DNA from: Pseudomonadales bacterium
GTDB taxonomy: Bacteria > Pseudomonadota > Gammaproteobacteria > Pseudomonadales > Azotimanducaceae
NCBI GenBank assembly: GCA_036351555.1
Contig: JAZBPI010000156.1
Location: 695 to 64,694, forward strand
Reading direction: 5' to 3'
Length of the DNA stretch: 64,000 nt
Shown here piece by piece: positions 19,553 to 30,450 of the stretch. Position 1 is the first letter of the stretch. Each line of letters starts with the position of its first letter. The position numbers were made by a program, and so were the translations under genes. A model generated the notes under the pieces. That model was not told the DNA's origin and made no database searches. It saw only the letters and a program-made list of their open reading frames with translations.

Positions 19553-22153
19553 ATGTCTCGATTTGCACACCGGTCCCGGCGCCGGGTCCACGCCTGGCGG
19601 GCCCTGCTCGCGGGCGCCTGCCTGTTCGGTGTCGGCATGGGGGCGCAGGCCGCGTCCTTCAGCGAAACCCAATGGCGCTGCCGACCGAACGAGAACGGCG
19701 AATGGGCCTGCGGGGAGGTCGAGGCGGAGGCCGGTCCGTTCCCGCCCGTCGCCACGGCGCCGATCTACAAGAAGCCGCCGGCGCGCATCGAGGAGCGCCG
19801 GCGCGGTCAGATCGTGCCGGTGGGCGGCCAGACGGTGGGGCAGGCAGAGCTGACCTGGGTGCCGCGCCAGGCCCTGCCGGCCGAGACGCAGGAAACGCTC
19901 GCCGAGTGGTGTGACGGCGCCTACCAGGAATTCGCCTGGAGCGAGGCCGCCCTGCTGTCGGATCCCGCGGACGCGGTGATCGGCATGACCGCCGATTCGG
20001 CGAGCTTCGTGCTCGGCGAGGACGCCGTACTCGAAGGCGCCGTGCTCCTCGAGCAGGGCGCGCGGCGCCTCTTCGCGGAGCAGGCCAACTACGACTCGCG
20101 GACCCGGGATCTGGTGCTCGAGGGTCGCGTGCGCATGGAGGAGCCCGGCCTGCTGATCACCGGGGAGCGTGCCTCCGTGGATCTGGAAGCCGGCAACGCC
20201 GAGCTCTCCGATGCCCGCTTCGTGCTCTACGAGGGCGACTACCGGGGCAGTGCGGATCGCTTTGCCCGGGAAGAAGGCGAGCTGCGGATCCAGGGTGCCG
20301 AGTTCACGCGCTGCGCACCGGGGGACAACGCCTGGAAGATGGCGGCCGGACGCATCGTGATCCCCGAGGACCAGAGCTTCGGCTACGCCCGCAATGCGCG
20401 CCTCGAGGTGAAGAACGTCCCGATCTTCTGGGCCCCCTACCTGCGCTTCCCGGTCAACGACGAGCGGCAGTCCGGCTGGCTGTTTCCGCGCGTGGGCTTC
20501 ACGGGCAGCAACGGCCTGGACGCGGCTCTGCCCTACTACCTGAATCTGGCGCCGGACTACGACGCCACCATCACGCCACGCTTCATGAGCGAACGCGGCC
20601 TGCTGCTCGAGTCCGAACTGCGCCACATGTCCACGCGCACGCGCAACGTGCTCGGCGGGGCCTACATCGACAAGGACGACCAGTACGACGGCAAGCTGTC
20701 CTTCGACGAATTCGAGAATCAGATCCAGGCCGGCCTTGCGCCGCCCGCGGAGTTCGAAGCGGCGAATCGCTGGCTTGCGCAGGTCGGACATCGCGGGGAC
20801 TGGTTCCCCGGCGTGACGACCGAGATCGATTTCGCGGCGGTGAGCGACCGGGACTACTTCCGCGACCTCGGCACCGATCTGGGGGTCACCTCGCGCGTGC
20901 AGCTCGATCGCACGGCCCAGCTTGCCGTGCGCCGGGAGGGTCTCGACGCGAGGCTCTGGGTCGAGGACATCCAGCTTCTCGAGGACGGTCTGCCCGAGGC
21001 CTATCGACGGCTTCCGCAGCTCGACATGGTCTGGCGCGAGCGGCTCGGAGGGACACCGCTGGTCGTCGGCTACGATCTCCAGTACGCCATGTTCGATCGC
21101 GACGACGCCCAGGTGACCGGCGTCGACGCGATCACCGGATCCCGGGCGCATTTCGCGCCGCGCGTGACCCTGCCGCTGGAGCGCGGCTGGGGCTTCTTCC
21201 GGGCCGAGGCCGCCTATCAGTACACGCGCTACGATCTCGACGACGTGGCGCCCGGCGCCGACGACCGTCCGGAGCGGGGCCTGCCCACGGGGATCATCGA
21301 TGCCGGCCTGCGCTTCGAGCGCGACACGCGCTTCGCGAATACCGCCCTGCTCCAGACCCTCGAACCCCGGCTCTACTATCTCTACATCGAGGACGAGGCG
21401 CAGGACGCGCTGCCGCGCTTCGACACCACCGAACTCACCTTCGGTCACGAGCAGCTGTTCCGCGCCAATCGGTTCTCGGGCCTGGACCGCATCGGCGATG
21501 CGAATCAGCTGACCGCCGCGCTCAGCTCGCGCCTGCTCTCCCTGTCGGACGGATCGGAACTTCTCTCGGGAACCCTGGGTCGGATCTTCTACTTCGACGA
21601 TCGGGAGGTGACCCTGGACCCCACCGTGACGCCCTCCGAGAGCGACTCCGCATCCGGCTGGGTCACGGATCTGGTGATGCGCCTCGGGTCCGGCTTCGAT
21701 CTGCGGGCCCTGTGGGTCTGGGACAATCCGGACAGCGTGCGCGACCAGACGGTGATCCAGCTCGGCTACCGGCCGGATGCGCGGCGGATCCTCAATCTCG
21801 CCTATCGCACCCGCGGGGACGACATCGAGCAGGCAGATCTCGCCTTCACCTGGCCCGTGTCCTCGAACCTCGCGCTCATCGGTCGCTACTTCTACGATCT
21901 GGAGGAGCAGAGAACGATCGAGACCTTCGGCGGATTCCAGTACGACGACTGCTGCTGGCGCCTGCGCGTCGTCGGCCGCCAGTTCCGTCGCCCCTTCGAC
22001 GTCATCGATCCGAACGACACGGACACGGAGGCGGGTGTCTTCTTCGAGATCCTCATGAAGGGCCTGGCCGGTTTCGACGCGGGCGTGAACAACATCCTGT
22101 CGAACGGCATTCGCGGCTACCGCGAGCTGGAGAGCAACGGCAATGGTATCTAG
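19553..22153 (+). CDS. lptD: LPS-assembly outer-membrane protein LptD
   Basis: Start trimmed to MSRFAHRS with signal peptide ...GMGAQA; ~866 aa; followed by surA-pdxA-rsmA. Confidence 0.9.
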   Translation: MSRFAHRSRRRVHAWRALLAGACLFGVGMGAQAASFSETQWRCRPNENGEWACGEVEAEAGPFPPVATAPIYKKPPARIEERRRGQIVPVGGQTVGQAELTWVPRQALPAETQETLAEWCDGAYQEFAWSEAALLSDPADAVIGMTADSASFVLGEDAVLEGAVLLEQGARRLFAEQANYDSRTRDLVLEGRVRMEEPGLLITGERASVDLEAGNAELSDARFVLYEGDYRGSADRFAREEGELRIQGAEFTRCAPGDNAWKMAAGRIVIPEDQSFGYARNARLEVKNVPIFWAPYLRFPVNDERQSGWLFPRVGFTGSNGLDAALPYYLNLAPDYDATITPRFMSERGLLLESELRHMSTRTRNVLGGAYIDKDDQYDGKLSFDEFENQIQAGLAPPAEFEAANRWLAQVGHRGDWFPGVTTEIDFAAVSDRDYFRDLGTDLGVTSRVQLDRTAQLAVRREGLDARLWVEDIQLLEDGLPEAYRRLPQLDMVWRERLGGTPLVVGYDLQYAMFDRDDAQVTGVDAITGSRAHFAPRVTLPLERGWGFFRAEAAYQYTRYDLDDVAPGADDRPERGLPTGIIDAGLRFERDTRFANTALLQTLEPRLYYLYIEDEAQDALPRFDTTELTFGHEQLFRANRFSGLDRIGDANQLTAALSSRLLSLSDGSELLSGTLGRIFYFDDREVTLDPTVTPSESDSASGWVTDLVMRLGSGFDLRALWVWDNPDSVRDQTVIQLGYRPDARRILNLAYRTRGDDIEQADLAFTWPVSSNLALIGRYFYDLEEQRTIETFGGFQYDDCCWRLRVVGRQFRRPFDVIDPNDTDTEAGVFFEILMKGLAGFDAGVNNILSNGIRGYRELESNGNGI

Positions 22154-23429
22154 GACCCTTCGCACCCTTCTGATGCTGACGCTGGTCGGCGCCGCGCTCC
22201 AGGCCGGTGCCGAGGCGCGGCAGCTCGACCGCGTGGTCGCGATCGTCGACGACGACGTGATCACGGCGACGGAACTGCTCAGTCGCATGCAGTTCATCGA
22301 GCGGCAGTTCGAGTCGAGCGGCATGGCCCTGCCTCCGCAGGACGTCCTCATGAGCCAGCTCCTCGAGCGACTCATCGTCGACAGCCTGCAGATGCAGATG
22401 GCGGAGCGCGCAGGCGTACGGATTCCCGACGAGGACCTGACCCGCGCCGTGGCCAGCATCGCGGCGCAGAACGGCATGGATCTCGAGACCTTCCAGCGCG
22501 TGCTCGCGGACGACGGCATGACCTATCGCGACTTCCGCGATCAGATCCGCCAGGAGATGATCATCTCCCGCGTGCAGCAGAATCGCGTCAACGATCGGAT
22601 CTACATCTCGCCGCAGGAGCTGAGCAACTTTCTCGACTCGCCGGTGGGCCGGGAGGCGACCGCGGACGACTTCCGGGTCGGCCACATCCTCCTGTCGGTC
22701 TCCGATGACGCCTCGGTGGCGGCCACCGAAGAGGCCGAGCGCGAAGCGGCGGCGATCGTCGAGGAGCTGCGGCAGGGTGCCGATTTCGCGCAGATCGCGG
22801 TGGCGCGGTCCGCCGGAGCCCGGGCCCTCGAGGGGGGAGATCTGGGATGGCGCAAGGCCGGCCAGTTGCCCAGCCTCTTTGCCGAGGCGGTCATCCAGGC
22901 AGACGTCGGCGAGGTGCTCGATCCGATCCGCTCCTCGAGTGGTTTCCACGTGGTCAAGCTCATCGATCGGCGTGGCGCAGGCAATACCCGCATCGAACAG
23001 ACGCATGCGCGGCACATCCTCATCCAGCCCTCGGAGATCCGCAGCGAGGCGGAGGCCGAGGCCCTGATCCGGGATCTCCACGCCCGCATCGACGCCGGTG
23101 AGGACTTCGCCCTGCTGGCCCGCGAGTATTCGAATGATCCCGGGAGTGCGCTCGCGGGCGGAGACCTGGGCTGGAGCATGCCGGGCCAGATGGTGCCGGC
23201 CTTCGAGGACACCATGAACGCGGCGGAGCCGGGCGTGGTCTCCGCGCCCTTTCGCAGCCAGTTCGGCTGGCACATCCTCGAGGTGCTTGAACGCCGGGAG
23301 CAGGACATGAGCGACGAGTTCCGGGAACGCCAGGCGCTGAGGATCCTTCGGGATCGGCGCTTCGACGAGGAACTCGAGGCCTGGCTCACGGAGATCCGCG
23401 AGGAAGCCTTCGTCGAGATCAAGATCTGA
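22143..23429 (+). CDS. surA: periplasmic chaperone / peptidyl-prolyl isomerase SurA
   Basis: Signal peptide; two parvulin domains (GFHVVKLIDRR, GWHILEVLERR); overlaps lptD stop by 11 nt. Confidence 0.95.
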   Translation: MVSRTLRTLLMLTLVGAALQAGAEARQLDRVVAIVDDDVITATELLSRMQFIERQFESSGMALPPQDVLMSQLLERLIVDSLQMQMAERAGVRIPDEDLTRAVASIAAQNGMDLETFQRVLADDGMTYRDFRDQIRQEMIISRVQQNRVNDRIYISPQELSNFLDSPVGREATADDFRVGHILLSVSDDASVAATEEAEREAAAIVEELRQGADFAQIAVARSAGARALEGGDLGWRKAGQLPSLFAEAVIQADVGEVLDPIRSSSGFHVVKLIDRRGAGNTRIEQTHARHILIQPSEIRSEAEAEALIRDLHARIDAGEDFALLAREYSNDPGSALAGGDLGWSMPGQMVPAFEDTMNAAEPGVVSAPFRSQFGWHILEVLERREQDMSDEFRERQALRILRDRRFDEELEAWLTEIREEAFVEIKI

Positions 23430-23592
23430 GTCGGCCGGTCCCGTTGCGGTCGGTTCGGAGCGGGCATCGTCCGACGCGCTCGGGGCTGACGGAACGGCCC
23501 CGCCGGCTCCCGAGCCGGGCCCCGTCCGCGCGGGCCGCTCATCCAGGGCCCGTCCCGTGGCGGGCCGTCCGTCAGTGCGTCGACGAGGGCCC

Positions 23593-24585
23593 ATGATTCC
23601 AAGGCTTGCCATCACGCCCGGAGAACCCGCCGGGATCGGACCCGAGCTGGTCGTCCGTCTCGCCGCCCAGCCCCGGGCGAGTCAGTGGGTGGTGATCGCC
23701 GACGGAGCCTGGCTCGCCCGGACGGCGCGGGATGCGGGCGTCGCCCTCGAGCTTCTTGCCTTCGAGCCCGCTGCGCGGGAGATCGACCCGCCCGGCGTGC
23801 TCCGGATCGTCGATGTGCCCCTGCCCGTGGCGCCGCGCCCCGGTGTGCTCGAGCAGCGCAATGCCCGGGCGATCCTCGAGACCCTGGAGCGCGCCACGGA
23901 TGGCTGCCTCGACGGTTGCTTCGATGCGCTGGTGACCGGACCCGTGCACAAGGGCGTCATCGCCGATGCCGGCTTCCCCTTCAGCGGTCACACGGAATTC
24001 CTGGCCGAGCGCTGCGGCGTGGAATCCGTGCTCATGGTGCTCACGGCGGACGCTCTGCGGGTCGCGCTCGTCACCACGCACGTGCCCCTGTCGGCGGTGC
24101 CCGCCCTGATCACCCGTGAGCGGGTCGCGCGGGCGCTGGAACTCCTCCATGCGGGGCTGCGCGAACGCTACGCGATCGATCGACCGCGGATCCTCGTGGC
24201 GGGCCTGAATCCCCATGCCGGCGAGGGCGGACACCTGGGCCGTGAGGAGATCGAGGTCATCGGACCCGTGTGCGACGCCGCCCGGGCCTCGGGCATGGAC
24301 GTGAGGGGCCCGCTGCCGGCGGATACGCTGTTCACGCCAGCGCTTCTCGCGGAGGCCGACGCCGTGCTCGCCATGTACCACGACCAGGGCCTGCCCGTGC
24401 TCAAGCACCTGGGCTTCGGTCGCGCCGTGAACGTCACCTTCGGTCTGCCGATCGTGCGCACCTCCGTGGACCACGGCACGGCGCTGGACATCGCGGGGCG
24501 CCACAGCGCCGACACGGGCAGCCTCGCCGAAGCCGTGGCGGCGGCGGAGACCATGGTCCTGCGCCGTCGCAGGGACGCGGCATGA
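23593..24585 (+). CDS. pdxA: 4-hydroxythreonine-4-phosphate dehydrogenase
   Basis: ITPGEPAGIGPEL, SGHTEFLAE motifs. Confidence 0.95.
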   Translation: MIPRLAITPGEPAGIGPELVVRLAAQPRASQWVVIADGAWLARTARDAGVALELLAFEPAAREIDPPGVLRIVDVPLPVAPRPGVLEQRNARAILETLERATDGCLDGCFDALVTGPVHKGVIADAGFPFSGHTEFLAERCGVESVLMVLTADALRVALVTTHVPLSAVPALITRERVARALELLHAGLRERYAIDRPRILVAGLNPHAGEGGHLGREEIEVIGPVCDAARASGMDVRGPLPADTLFTPALLAEADAVLAMYHDQGLPVLKHLGFGRAVNVTFGLPIVRTSVDHGTALDIAGRHSADTGSLAEAVAAAETMVLRRRRDAA

Positions 24586-25439
24586 CGCCGCGCCGGGACG
24601 GCGCCGACGCCTTCGGAGGGCATCGGGCTCGGCGGCGCTTCTCGCAGAACTTCCTGGTCGACCAGGGGATCATCGAACGCATCGTCGCCGCGGTGGCCCC
24701 GAAGCCCGGTGAGCGCATCGTCGAGATCGGGCCCGGTCGGGGCGCGCTCACCGCCCAGCTGCTGCGTGCCGCCGAGGGTCTCGGCTGCGAGCTCGTCGTC
24801 ATCGAGATCGATCGCGATCTGGTCCAGGGACTGCGTGCGCAGCACGGCGCGCTGAGGATCATCGAGGGCGATGCGCTGCGCGTGGACTACAGCCAGCTGT
24901 TCGAGGATGGCGCGCCCTTCCGCGTGCTGGGGAACCTGCCCTACAACATCTCCTCGCCGCTGATCTTCCGGCTGCTCGGCGCGGCGGGACACCTGATCGA
25001 CGCGCACTTCATGCTGCAGGAGGAGGTCGTGAACCGCATGGGCGCCGCGCCCGGCGACAGGTCCTGGGGGCGCCTCGGCGTGATGGTCCAGTATCGCTGT
25101 CGCGTCGATCCGCTCTTCGCGGTGCCACCGGAGGCCTTCCATCCCCGTCCGCGCGTGCACTCCCGGATCGTCCGCCTTCAGCCCTACGCGACGCTGCCCC
25201 ATCCGGCGCGGGACGAGGCCCTCTTCGCGCGCGTGGTCCGCGATGCCTTCTCGCAGCGCCGCAAGACCCTGCGCAACGCGCTGCGGGCACTGCCGGGCGC
25301 CGAGCGGCTCACGGCCGCGGGTTTCGATCTCGGGCTGCGTGCCGAGATGCTCTCCGTCGCCGACTTCGTGGCCATCTCCAATGTGCTGGCGGACGCGGAC
25401 GCGGACGCCGCGGCCACGCCGTGCGGACCGGGCCGCTGA
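24582..25439 (+). CDS. rsmA: 16S rRNA (adenine1518/1519-N6)-dimethyltransferase
   Basis: ATGA overlap with pdxA stop; QNFLVDQGII, VEIGPGRGALT, NLPYNISSP. Confidence 0.95.
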   Translation: MTPRRDGADAFGGHRARRRFSQNFLVDQGIIERIVAAVAPKPGERIVEIGPGRGALTAQLLRAAEGLGCELVVIEIDRDLVQGLRAQHGALRIIEGDALRVDYSQLFEDGAPFRVLGNLPYNISSPLIFRLLGAAGHLIDAHFMLQEEVVNRMGAAPGDRSWGRLGVMVQYRCRVDPLFAVPPEAFHPRPRVHSRIVRLQPYATLPHPARDEALFARVVRDAFSQRRKTLRNALRALPGAERLTAAGFDLGLRAEMLSVADFVAISNVLADADADAAATPCGPGR

Positions 25440-25444
25440 CCGGG

Positions 25445-26263
25445 ATGGCGACCTACGTCGTCGGCGACGTCCAGGGATGCCTCGCTCCGCTTCGGGACCT
25501 CCTCGACCGGGTGCGCTTCGATCCGGGCCACGACCGACTCTGGCTGGTCGGAGACCTCGTCAATCGTGGCCCCGACTCCCTGGGCACCCTGCGCTTCGTG
25601 CAGGGCCTCGGCGAGGCCGCGATCACCGTGCTCGGCAATCACGATCTGCATCTGCTCGCGATCCTCCTCGGCGGCCATCAGCCCGGCCGCAAGGACGACT
25701 TCGGGCCCATTCTCGAAGCCCCGGATCGTGAGCGGCTCACGGACTGGCTGCGCTCGCGTCGGTTGATCCATTTCGACCCTGCGCTCGAGACCCTGCTCGT
25801 GCATGCGGGCGTGCCCTTCGTCTTCTCCCTCGAGCAGGCTCTCGCGCTCGGGCGGGAGGTGGAGGCCGTACTCCGTGGTGAGGATGCGCGATCCTTTCTC
25901 GCCGTGCTCTACGGCAACGAACCTGCCGGCTGGGACGACGCCCTCGTGGGGCGCGACCGCTGGCGGGTGGTGGTGAACTACTTCACCCGCATGCGCTTCA
26001 TCGACGCGCAGGGACGGCTCGAATTCGCGAGCAAGGAAGGTCTCGCGAGTGCTCCTGCGGGGTTTTTCCCCTGGTTCGATCGCCTGCACCCCGACTTCGC
26101 GGCGCGGCGCATCGCCTTCGGTCACTGGGCGGCCCTCGAGGGGCGTGGAACCCCGTCCAACTGCCTTGCCCTCGATACGGGCTGCGTCTGGGGTCGCCAC
26201 ATGACGCTGCTGCGCCTCGAGGACGGCGTACGCTACTGCCGTGACTGTGGACCGGAATCCTGA
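25445..26263 (+). CDS. apaH: bis(5'-nucleosyl)-tetraphosphatase, symmetrical
   Basis: [27 protein letters not shown] metallophosphatase motifs; no apaG between rsmA and apaH. Confidence 0.95.
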   Translation: MATYVVGDVQGCLAPLRDLLDRVRFDPGHDRLWLVGDLVNRGPDSLGTLRFVQGLGEAAITVLGNHDLHLLAILLGGHQPGRKDDFGPILEAPDRERLTDWLRSRRLIHFDPALETLLVHAGVPFVFSLEQALALGREVEAVLRGEDARSFLAVLYGNEPAGWDDALVGRDRWRVVVNYFTRMRFIDAQGRLEFASKEGLASAPAGFFPWFDRLHPDFAARRIAFGHWAALEGRGTPSNCLALDTGCVWGRHMTLLRLEDGVRYCRDCGPES

Positions 26264-26264
26264 G

Positions 26265-27446
26265 ATGGAGGTCTATCTCGTCGGTGGCGCGGTGCGCGAC
26301 GCACTGCTCGGGCTCCCCGTGGAGGAGCGCGACTGGGTGGTGGTGGGCGCGACGCCCGAGGACATGCAGCGCCTCGGCTATCGTCCGGTCGGTCGGGATT
26401 TCCCCGTCTTCCTGCATCCGGAGACGCATGAGGAATATGCCCTCGCGCGGACCGAGCGCAAGGCCGGGCGGGGCCACGGCGGCTTCAGCTTCCATGCGGC
26501 GCCGGACGTCACCCTGGAGGAGGACCTGCAGCGGCGTGACCTCACGATCAATGCGATGGCCCGCGATGCGGACGGCCGCCTTCGCGATCCCGTGGGCGGA
26601 CGTCGTGACCTCGAGGCGCACCTGCTCCGGCACGTCTCCCCCGCCTTCGTGGAGGATCCCCTCCGAGTCCTGCGCGTCGCGCGCTTTGCCGCGCGCTTCG
26701 CAGGGCTGGGTTTCGCCATCGCACCCGAGACCCTCGCGCTCATGCGGCGGATCGCCGCATCCGGTGAACTCGAAGCCCTCAGTCCCGAACGCGTGTGGAC
26801 GGAAACCCGCAAGGCCCTCTGCGGCCCCGCGCCGCGGGTCTATTTCCAGGTGCTGGCCGAGGTGGGCGCGCTCGCCATCCTGTTCCCTCTCCTTGCCCGT
26901 TGCGTGACCGACTCCGCAGCGCTCGATCATCCGGCCTTTATGAGTCTCGATGCGTCGGAGAGCGGGGACGATGTCGCCGCCGAGCGCTTCGTCGCGCTGG
27001 TCGCCGGCGCGGCGAGGTCCCAGGCCCGGATGCCCCCGGCCGTGGTGGCCGACGGACCCGCCAGCGAGGCGGCCTTCGCCTGCGCCGACGCCCTCCGGAC
27101 CCCCAGGCTGGAGCGCGATGCCGCAGCGGCGCTCGCGCGCTGGTTCGCCGTGTTCGCCCTGGCGCCCATGGCCTCCCCGGCGCTGCTTCTCGAGGCGGCC
27201 GAGGCCTGCGGTGCAGCGCGCGCGGGGCCTCGTTTCGCGCTCGTTCGCGCCGGGGTGCTCCGCCTTCTCGGTGCGCTCGGGGTCGATGGGACCGGGGTGG
27301 GTGTGCTGCTCGACAGGCTGCCGGATCTCCTCAGGGTCGACGTGCGACCCTGGGCCGGCGCGGGCCTCGATGGCGCGGAGATCGGGCAGCGTGTGCGCCG
27401 CGCCCGCATGGACGCGATTGCCGCTGCACAGGAAGGTGCGTCTTGA
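26265..27446 (+). CDS. cca: CCA-adding tRNA nucleotidyltransferase (C-terminal HD motif not detectable)
   Basis: N-terminal half collinear with E. coli Cca ([46 protein letters not shown]); starts 1 nt after apaH stop. Confidence 0.9.
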   Translation: MEVYLVGGAVRDALLGLPVEERDWVVVGATPEDMQRLGYRPVGRDFPVFLHPETHEEYALARTERKAGRGHGGFSFHAAPDVTLEEDLQRRDLTINAMARDADGRLRDPVGGRRDLEAHLLRHVSPAFVEDPLRVLRVARFAARFAGLGFAIAPETLALMRRIAASGELEALSPERVWTETRKALCGPAPRVYFQVLAEVGALAILFPLLARCVTDSAALDHPAFMSLDASESGDDVAAERFVALVAGAARSQARMPPAVVADGPASEAAFACADALRTPRLERDAAAALARWFAVFALAPMASPALLLEAAEACGAARAGPRFALVRAGVLRLLGALGVDGTGVGVLLDRLPDLLRVDVRPWAGAGLDGAEIGQRVRRARMDAIAAAQEGAS

Positions 27447-28183
27447 GCGACGGCCCATCCGCGCCCGTCGCCCTGGTGACCGGCGGCGCGCTGCGTATCG
27501 GCGCGGCGATCACGACGACCCTGCATGACGCGGGCTTCGCCGTGGTCGTTCACTGCCGCCGGTCCCGAGCCGAGGCCGAGGCCCTGGTGGCGCGCCTGTG
27601 TCTGCGCCGACCCGGCTCCGCCTGGGTGGTCGAGGGAGATCTGGCCACGGAGGACGGCCCCGAACGGATCGCGTCCGCCTGTCTTGCGCTCGGTGGTCGC
27701 TGCGACCTGCTCGTGAACAACGCCTCGTCCTTCTTCCCCACCCCCCTGGGCCACATGGATGCGGAGGCCTGGGCCGACCTCCTCGGCAGCAACCTGCGCG
27801 GCCCGCTGTTTCTCGCCCAGGCGCTCGCGGAGGCGCTGCGCACGGCCCGCGGCGCCATCGTCAATCTCGTCGACGTCCATGCGGATCGGCCGCTGCCGGG
27901 CTATCCCCTCTATTCCGTCGCCAAGGCGGGGCTGGCCATGGCGACGCGGTCCCTGGCGCTCGAGCTGGCCCCGGAGGTGCGCGTCAACGGCGTCTCTCCC
28001 GGCGCCATCCTCTGGCCCGAGGATCCCGGCTGGGACGAGCGACGCGCCGCCATGCTCTCCCGCATTCCGCTCGGGCGCATCGGCGCCCCGGAAGACGTCG
28101 CTCGGGCCGTGCTCTACCTGGCGCGCGCGCCCTACGTCACGGGGCAGCTGCTGGCGGTGGATGGGGGGCTGGCGCTCGGCTGA
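27443..28183 (+). CDS. short-chain dehydrogenase, FolM/pteridine-reductase-like
   Basis: [14 protein letters not shown] and [10 protein letters not shown] (YxxxK); TTG 27443 overlaps cca TGA; RBS AGGAAGG 6 nt upstream; convergent with folB. Confidence 0.75.
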   Translation: MSDGPSAPVALVTGGALRIGAAITTTLHDAGFAVVVHCRRSRAEAEALVARLCLRRPGSAWVVEGDLATEDGPERIASACLALGGRCDLLVNNASSFFPTPLGHMDAEAWADLLGSNLRGPLFLAQALAEALRTARGAIVNLVDVHADRPLPGYPLYSVAKAGLAMATRSLALELAPEVRVNGVSPGAILWPEDPGWDERRAAMLSRIPLGRIGAPEDVARAVLYLARAPYVTGQLLAVDGGLALG

Positions 28184-28187
28184 GGAT

Positions 28188-28550
28188 TCAGGCGGGCGGG
28201 CGGTGCCGTTCGATGGACAGGCGGATCTCGGCGCAGTCCGGGACCGCACCGGGTTTGTTCAGGGTCAGCGCGACCCAGGGCAGATCGAAGCTGACGATCA
28301 GATCATGGGCGATGCGCTCGGCAAGGGTCTCCAGGAGCAGCCACCGGGCCTCCGCGCAATGCGCGCGGACATGCGCCGCGACCGCCGAGTAGTCCAGCGC
28401 TTGCGAGAGGTCGTCGGCGACCGCGGCGCGATGCGCCTCCACGGGCAGCGTAAGGTCGATGCTGAGCGTCTGCCGGACCCGCCGCTCCCAGCTGTGCACG
28501 CCGATGGTCGTCTCCACGGCGAGCCCCTTCAGCTCGATCCGGTCCTTCAC
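28188..28550 (-). CDS. folB: dihydroneopterin aldolase
   Basis: 120 aa from GTG 28550 (overlaps tsaD TGA); [18 protein letters not shown] typical of FolB. Confidence 0.8.
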   Translation of the reverse strand: MKDRIELKGLAVETTIGVHSWERRVRQTLSIDLTLPVEAHRAAVADDLSQALDYSAVAAHVRAHCAEARWLLLETLAERIAHDLIVSFDLPWVALTLNKPGAVPDCAEIRLSIERHRPPA

Positions 28551-29563
28551 GGTGGCCCGAGCTCCTCGAGTGGCCAGCGGGCACGGGTTTCCACGGCCAG
28601 GGCAGCGCATGCGCCGGCCTCGAGGCGGCGAGCGCCTGCGTAGGCGATCATGGCGCCGTTGTCGGTGCAGAGTTCCGGCCGCGCGAGACACACCCGGGCG
28701 CCGAGCTGCTCGGCGAGGCGGGCGCGCAGACGTCGATTGGCCGAGACGCCCCCCGCGATCACCAGGCAGTCGTGGCCGGTCTGCTCCAGGGCGCGGTGGC
28801 ACTTGATGACGAGCGTGTCCACCACCGCCTCCTCGAAGGCGCGCGCCACGTCCGCGCGGGCCTGGTCGTCGAGCGCCCCCTCGGCCGCCAGGCGCCGGAC
28901 CTCGGTCATCACCTGGGTCTTCAGGCCCGAGAAGCTGAAGTCGAGGCCCGGTCGATCGACCATGGGGCGGGTGAACCGGAAGCGGTCCGGCGTGCCCGAT
29001 TCCGCCAGGCGGGCGAGGTGGGGACCTCCAGGGTAGGGCAGGTCGAGCAGCTTCGCGGTCTTGTCGAAGGCTTCGCCCGCGGCATCGTCCACGGATTCGC
29101 CCAGGTGCGTGTAGGCGCCGATGCCGGCCACGTCCACCAGCAGCGTGTGCCCGCCCGAGACGAGGAGGGCGACGAAGGGGAAGGTGGGCGGGTCCGCTTC
29201 CAGCATGGGCGCGAGCAGGTGGCCTTCCATGTGGTGCACGCCGACCGCCGGGATTCCCAGCGCCCAGGCGAGGGTACGTCCGAGGGTCGCGCCGACCATG
29301 AGCGCACCCGCCAGCCCCGGCCCGGCCGTGTAGGCGATGCCGTCCAGATCCCCGCGGGCGACTCCGGCGTCTCCGAGCACCTCGTCGACGAGGGGAAGGA
29401 GGCGTCTGATGTGATCCCGCGAGGCGAGTTCCGGGACCACGCCGCCGTAGGCAGCGTGCAGGTCCACCTGGCTGAACAGGCGCTCTGCGCGCAGGCCGAC
29501 CTCGGTGTCGTAGAGCGCGACACCGGTCTCGTCACAGGATGTCTCGATGCCGAGGACGCGCAT
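28547..29563 (-). CDS. tsaD: tRNA N6-adenosine threonylcarbamoyltransferase
   Basis: Start trimmed to [17 protein letters not shown]; HHMEGHL metal site. Confidence 0.95.
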   Translation of the reverse strand: MRVLGIETSCDETGVALYDTEVGLRAERLFSQVDLHAAYGGVVPELASRDHIRRLLPLVDEVLGDAGVARGDLDGIAYTAGPGLAGALMVGATLGRTLAWALGIPAVGVHHMEGHLLAPMLEADPPTFPFVALLVSGGHTLLVDVAGIGAYTHLGESVDDAAGEAFDKTAKLLDLPYPGGPHLARLAESGTPDRFRFTRPMVDRPGLDFSFSGLKTQVMTEVRRLAAEGALDDQARADVARAFEEAVVDTLVIKCHRALEQTGHDCLVIAGGVSANRRLRARLAEQLGARVCLARPELCTDNGAMIAYAGARRLEAGACAALAVETRARWPLEELGPP

Positions 29564-29633
29564 GGGTCGAGGGCCCTGATTCCGGGCGGCGGAGCATAGC
29601 ATCCGGCCTGCCGAGACGTCCGTCGGCGCCTTT

Positions 29634-29661
29634 TGCAATGCTGCGCGCCCCGGGTATAATC
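29634..29661 (+). promoter_or_regulatory. sigma70 promoter of rpsU operon
   Basis: TTGCAA (29634-29639), 16-nt spacer, TATAAT (29656-29661), ~35 nt upstream of rpsU ATG. Confidence 0.6.
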
Positions 29662-29695
29662 GCGCGCCCTCGAATCCAGCAGGTCTGAATCGTTC

Positions 29696-29911
29696 ATGCC
29701 GACCGTGAAGGTGAAGGAAAACGAGCCCTTCGACGTTGCCCTGCGTCGCTTCAAGCGTTCCTGCGAAAAGGCAGGGGTTCTCTCGGAAGTGCGCCGTCGC
29801 GAGCACTACGAGAAGCCGACCTCCGTTCGCAAGCGCAAGCAGGCCGCTGCCGTGAAGCGTCATCAGAAGAAGCTGCAGCGCGAAGCCAAGAAGCTCGAAA
29901 AGAACTTCTGA
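29696..29911 (+). CDS. rpsU: 30S ribosomal protein S21
   Basis: [42 protein letters not shown] is near-identical to E. coli S21. Confidence 0.98.
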   Translation: MPTVKVKENEPFDVALRRFKRSCEKAGVLSEVRRREHYEKPTSVRKRKQAAAVKRHQKKLQREAKKLEKNF

Positions 29912-29943
29912 GCGGTCCGCAGGACCGCGGCGAGGCCCCCGCC

Positions 29944-30393
29944 GTGCCCGATCTCGTCACCCGGATCCGAGACGCCGTCAAGGACGCCATGCGCGCCCGC
30001 GACAAGGTGCGCCTCGGCACGCTCCGGCTCATCACCGCCGAGATCAAGCGCGTGGAGGTCGATGAGCGCATCGAGGTCGATGATGCGCGTGCGATCGCTC
30101 TCCTCGATCGCATGGTCAAGCAGCGGCTGGACTCCGAGAGCCAGTATCGCGCCGCCGGCCGGACCGACCTCGCGGACGTCGAGGCCGCGGAAATTCTCGT
30201 CATCAGGGAATTCATGCCCGAGCCGCTCGACGACGCGGCGCTCGCGGATCTGCTCGAGGCCGCCATCGCCGAGACCGGTGCCGAGGGCATGCGCGACATG
30301 GGCCGGGTCATGGCGCTCCTCAAGCCCCGGGTGCAGGGTCGTACCGACATGGGTGCCCTGAGCGCCCGGGTCAAGGAACGGCTCGCCGGCTGA
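29944..30393 (+). CDS. yqeY: GatB/YqeY domain protein
   Basis: 149 aa between rpsU and dnaG as in Pseudomonas; helical YqeY-like sequence. Confidence 0.8.
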   Translation: MPDLVTRIRDAVKDAMRARDKVRLGTLRLITAEIKRVEVDERIEVDDARAIALLDRMVKQRLDSESQYRAAGRTDLADVEAAEILVIREFMPEPLDDAALADLLEAAIAETGAEGMRDMGRVMALLKPRVQGRTDMGALSARVKERLAG

Positions 30394-30450
30394 CCGGGGC
30401 GGCCGTGCTAGGCTGATTCCCCGCTCCCGACCCCGTTGCGCGCGACCCGC

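Noticed and set aside
19442-22519. 1025-aa ORF antisense to lptD/surA
   Set aside because: Same high-GC artefact; it overlaps the confidently identified lptD and surA over its whole length.
26795-28183. 462-aa ORF suggesting a large fusion protein upstream of the FolM-like reductase (similar over-extensions at 16281-17246, 28188-28802, 24270-25439, 391-1548)
   Set aside because: The N-terminal extensions overlap adjacent genuine genes in another frame and are Arg/Pro/Gly-rich. Homology begins only near the trimmed starts.
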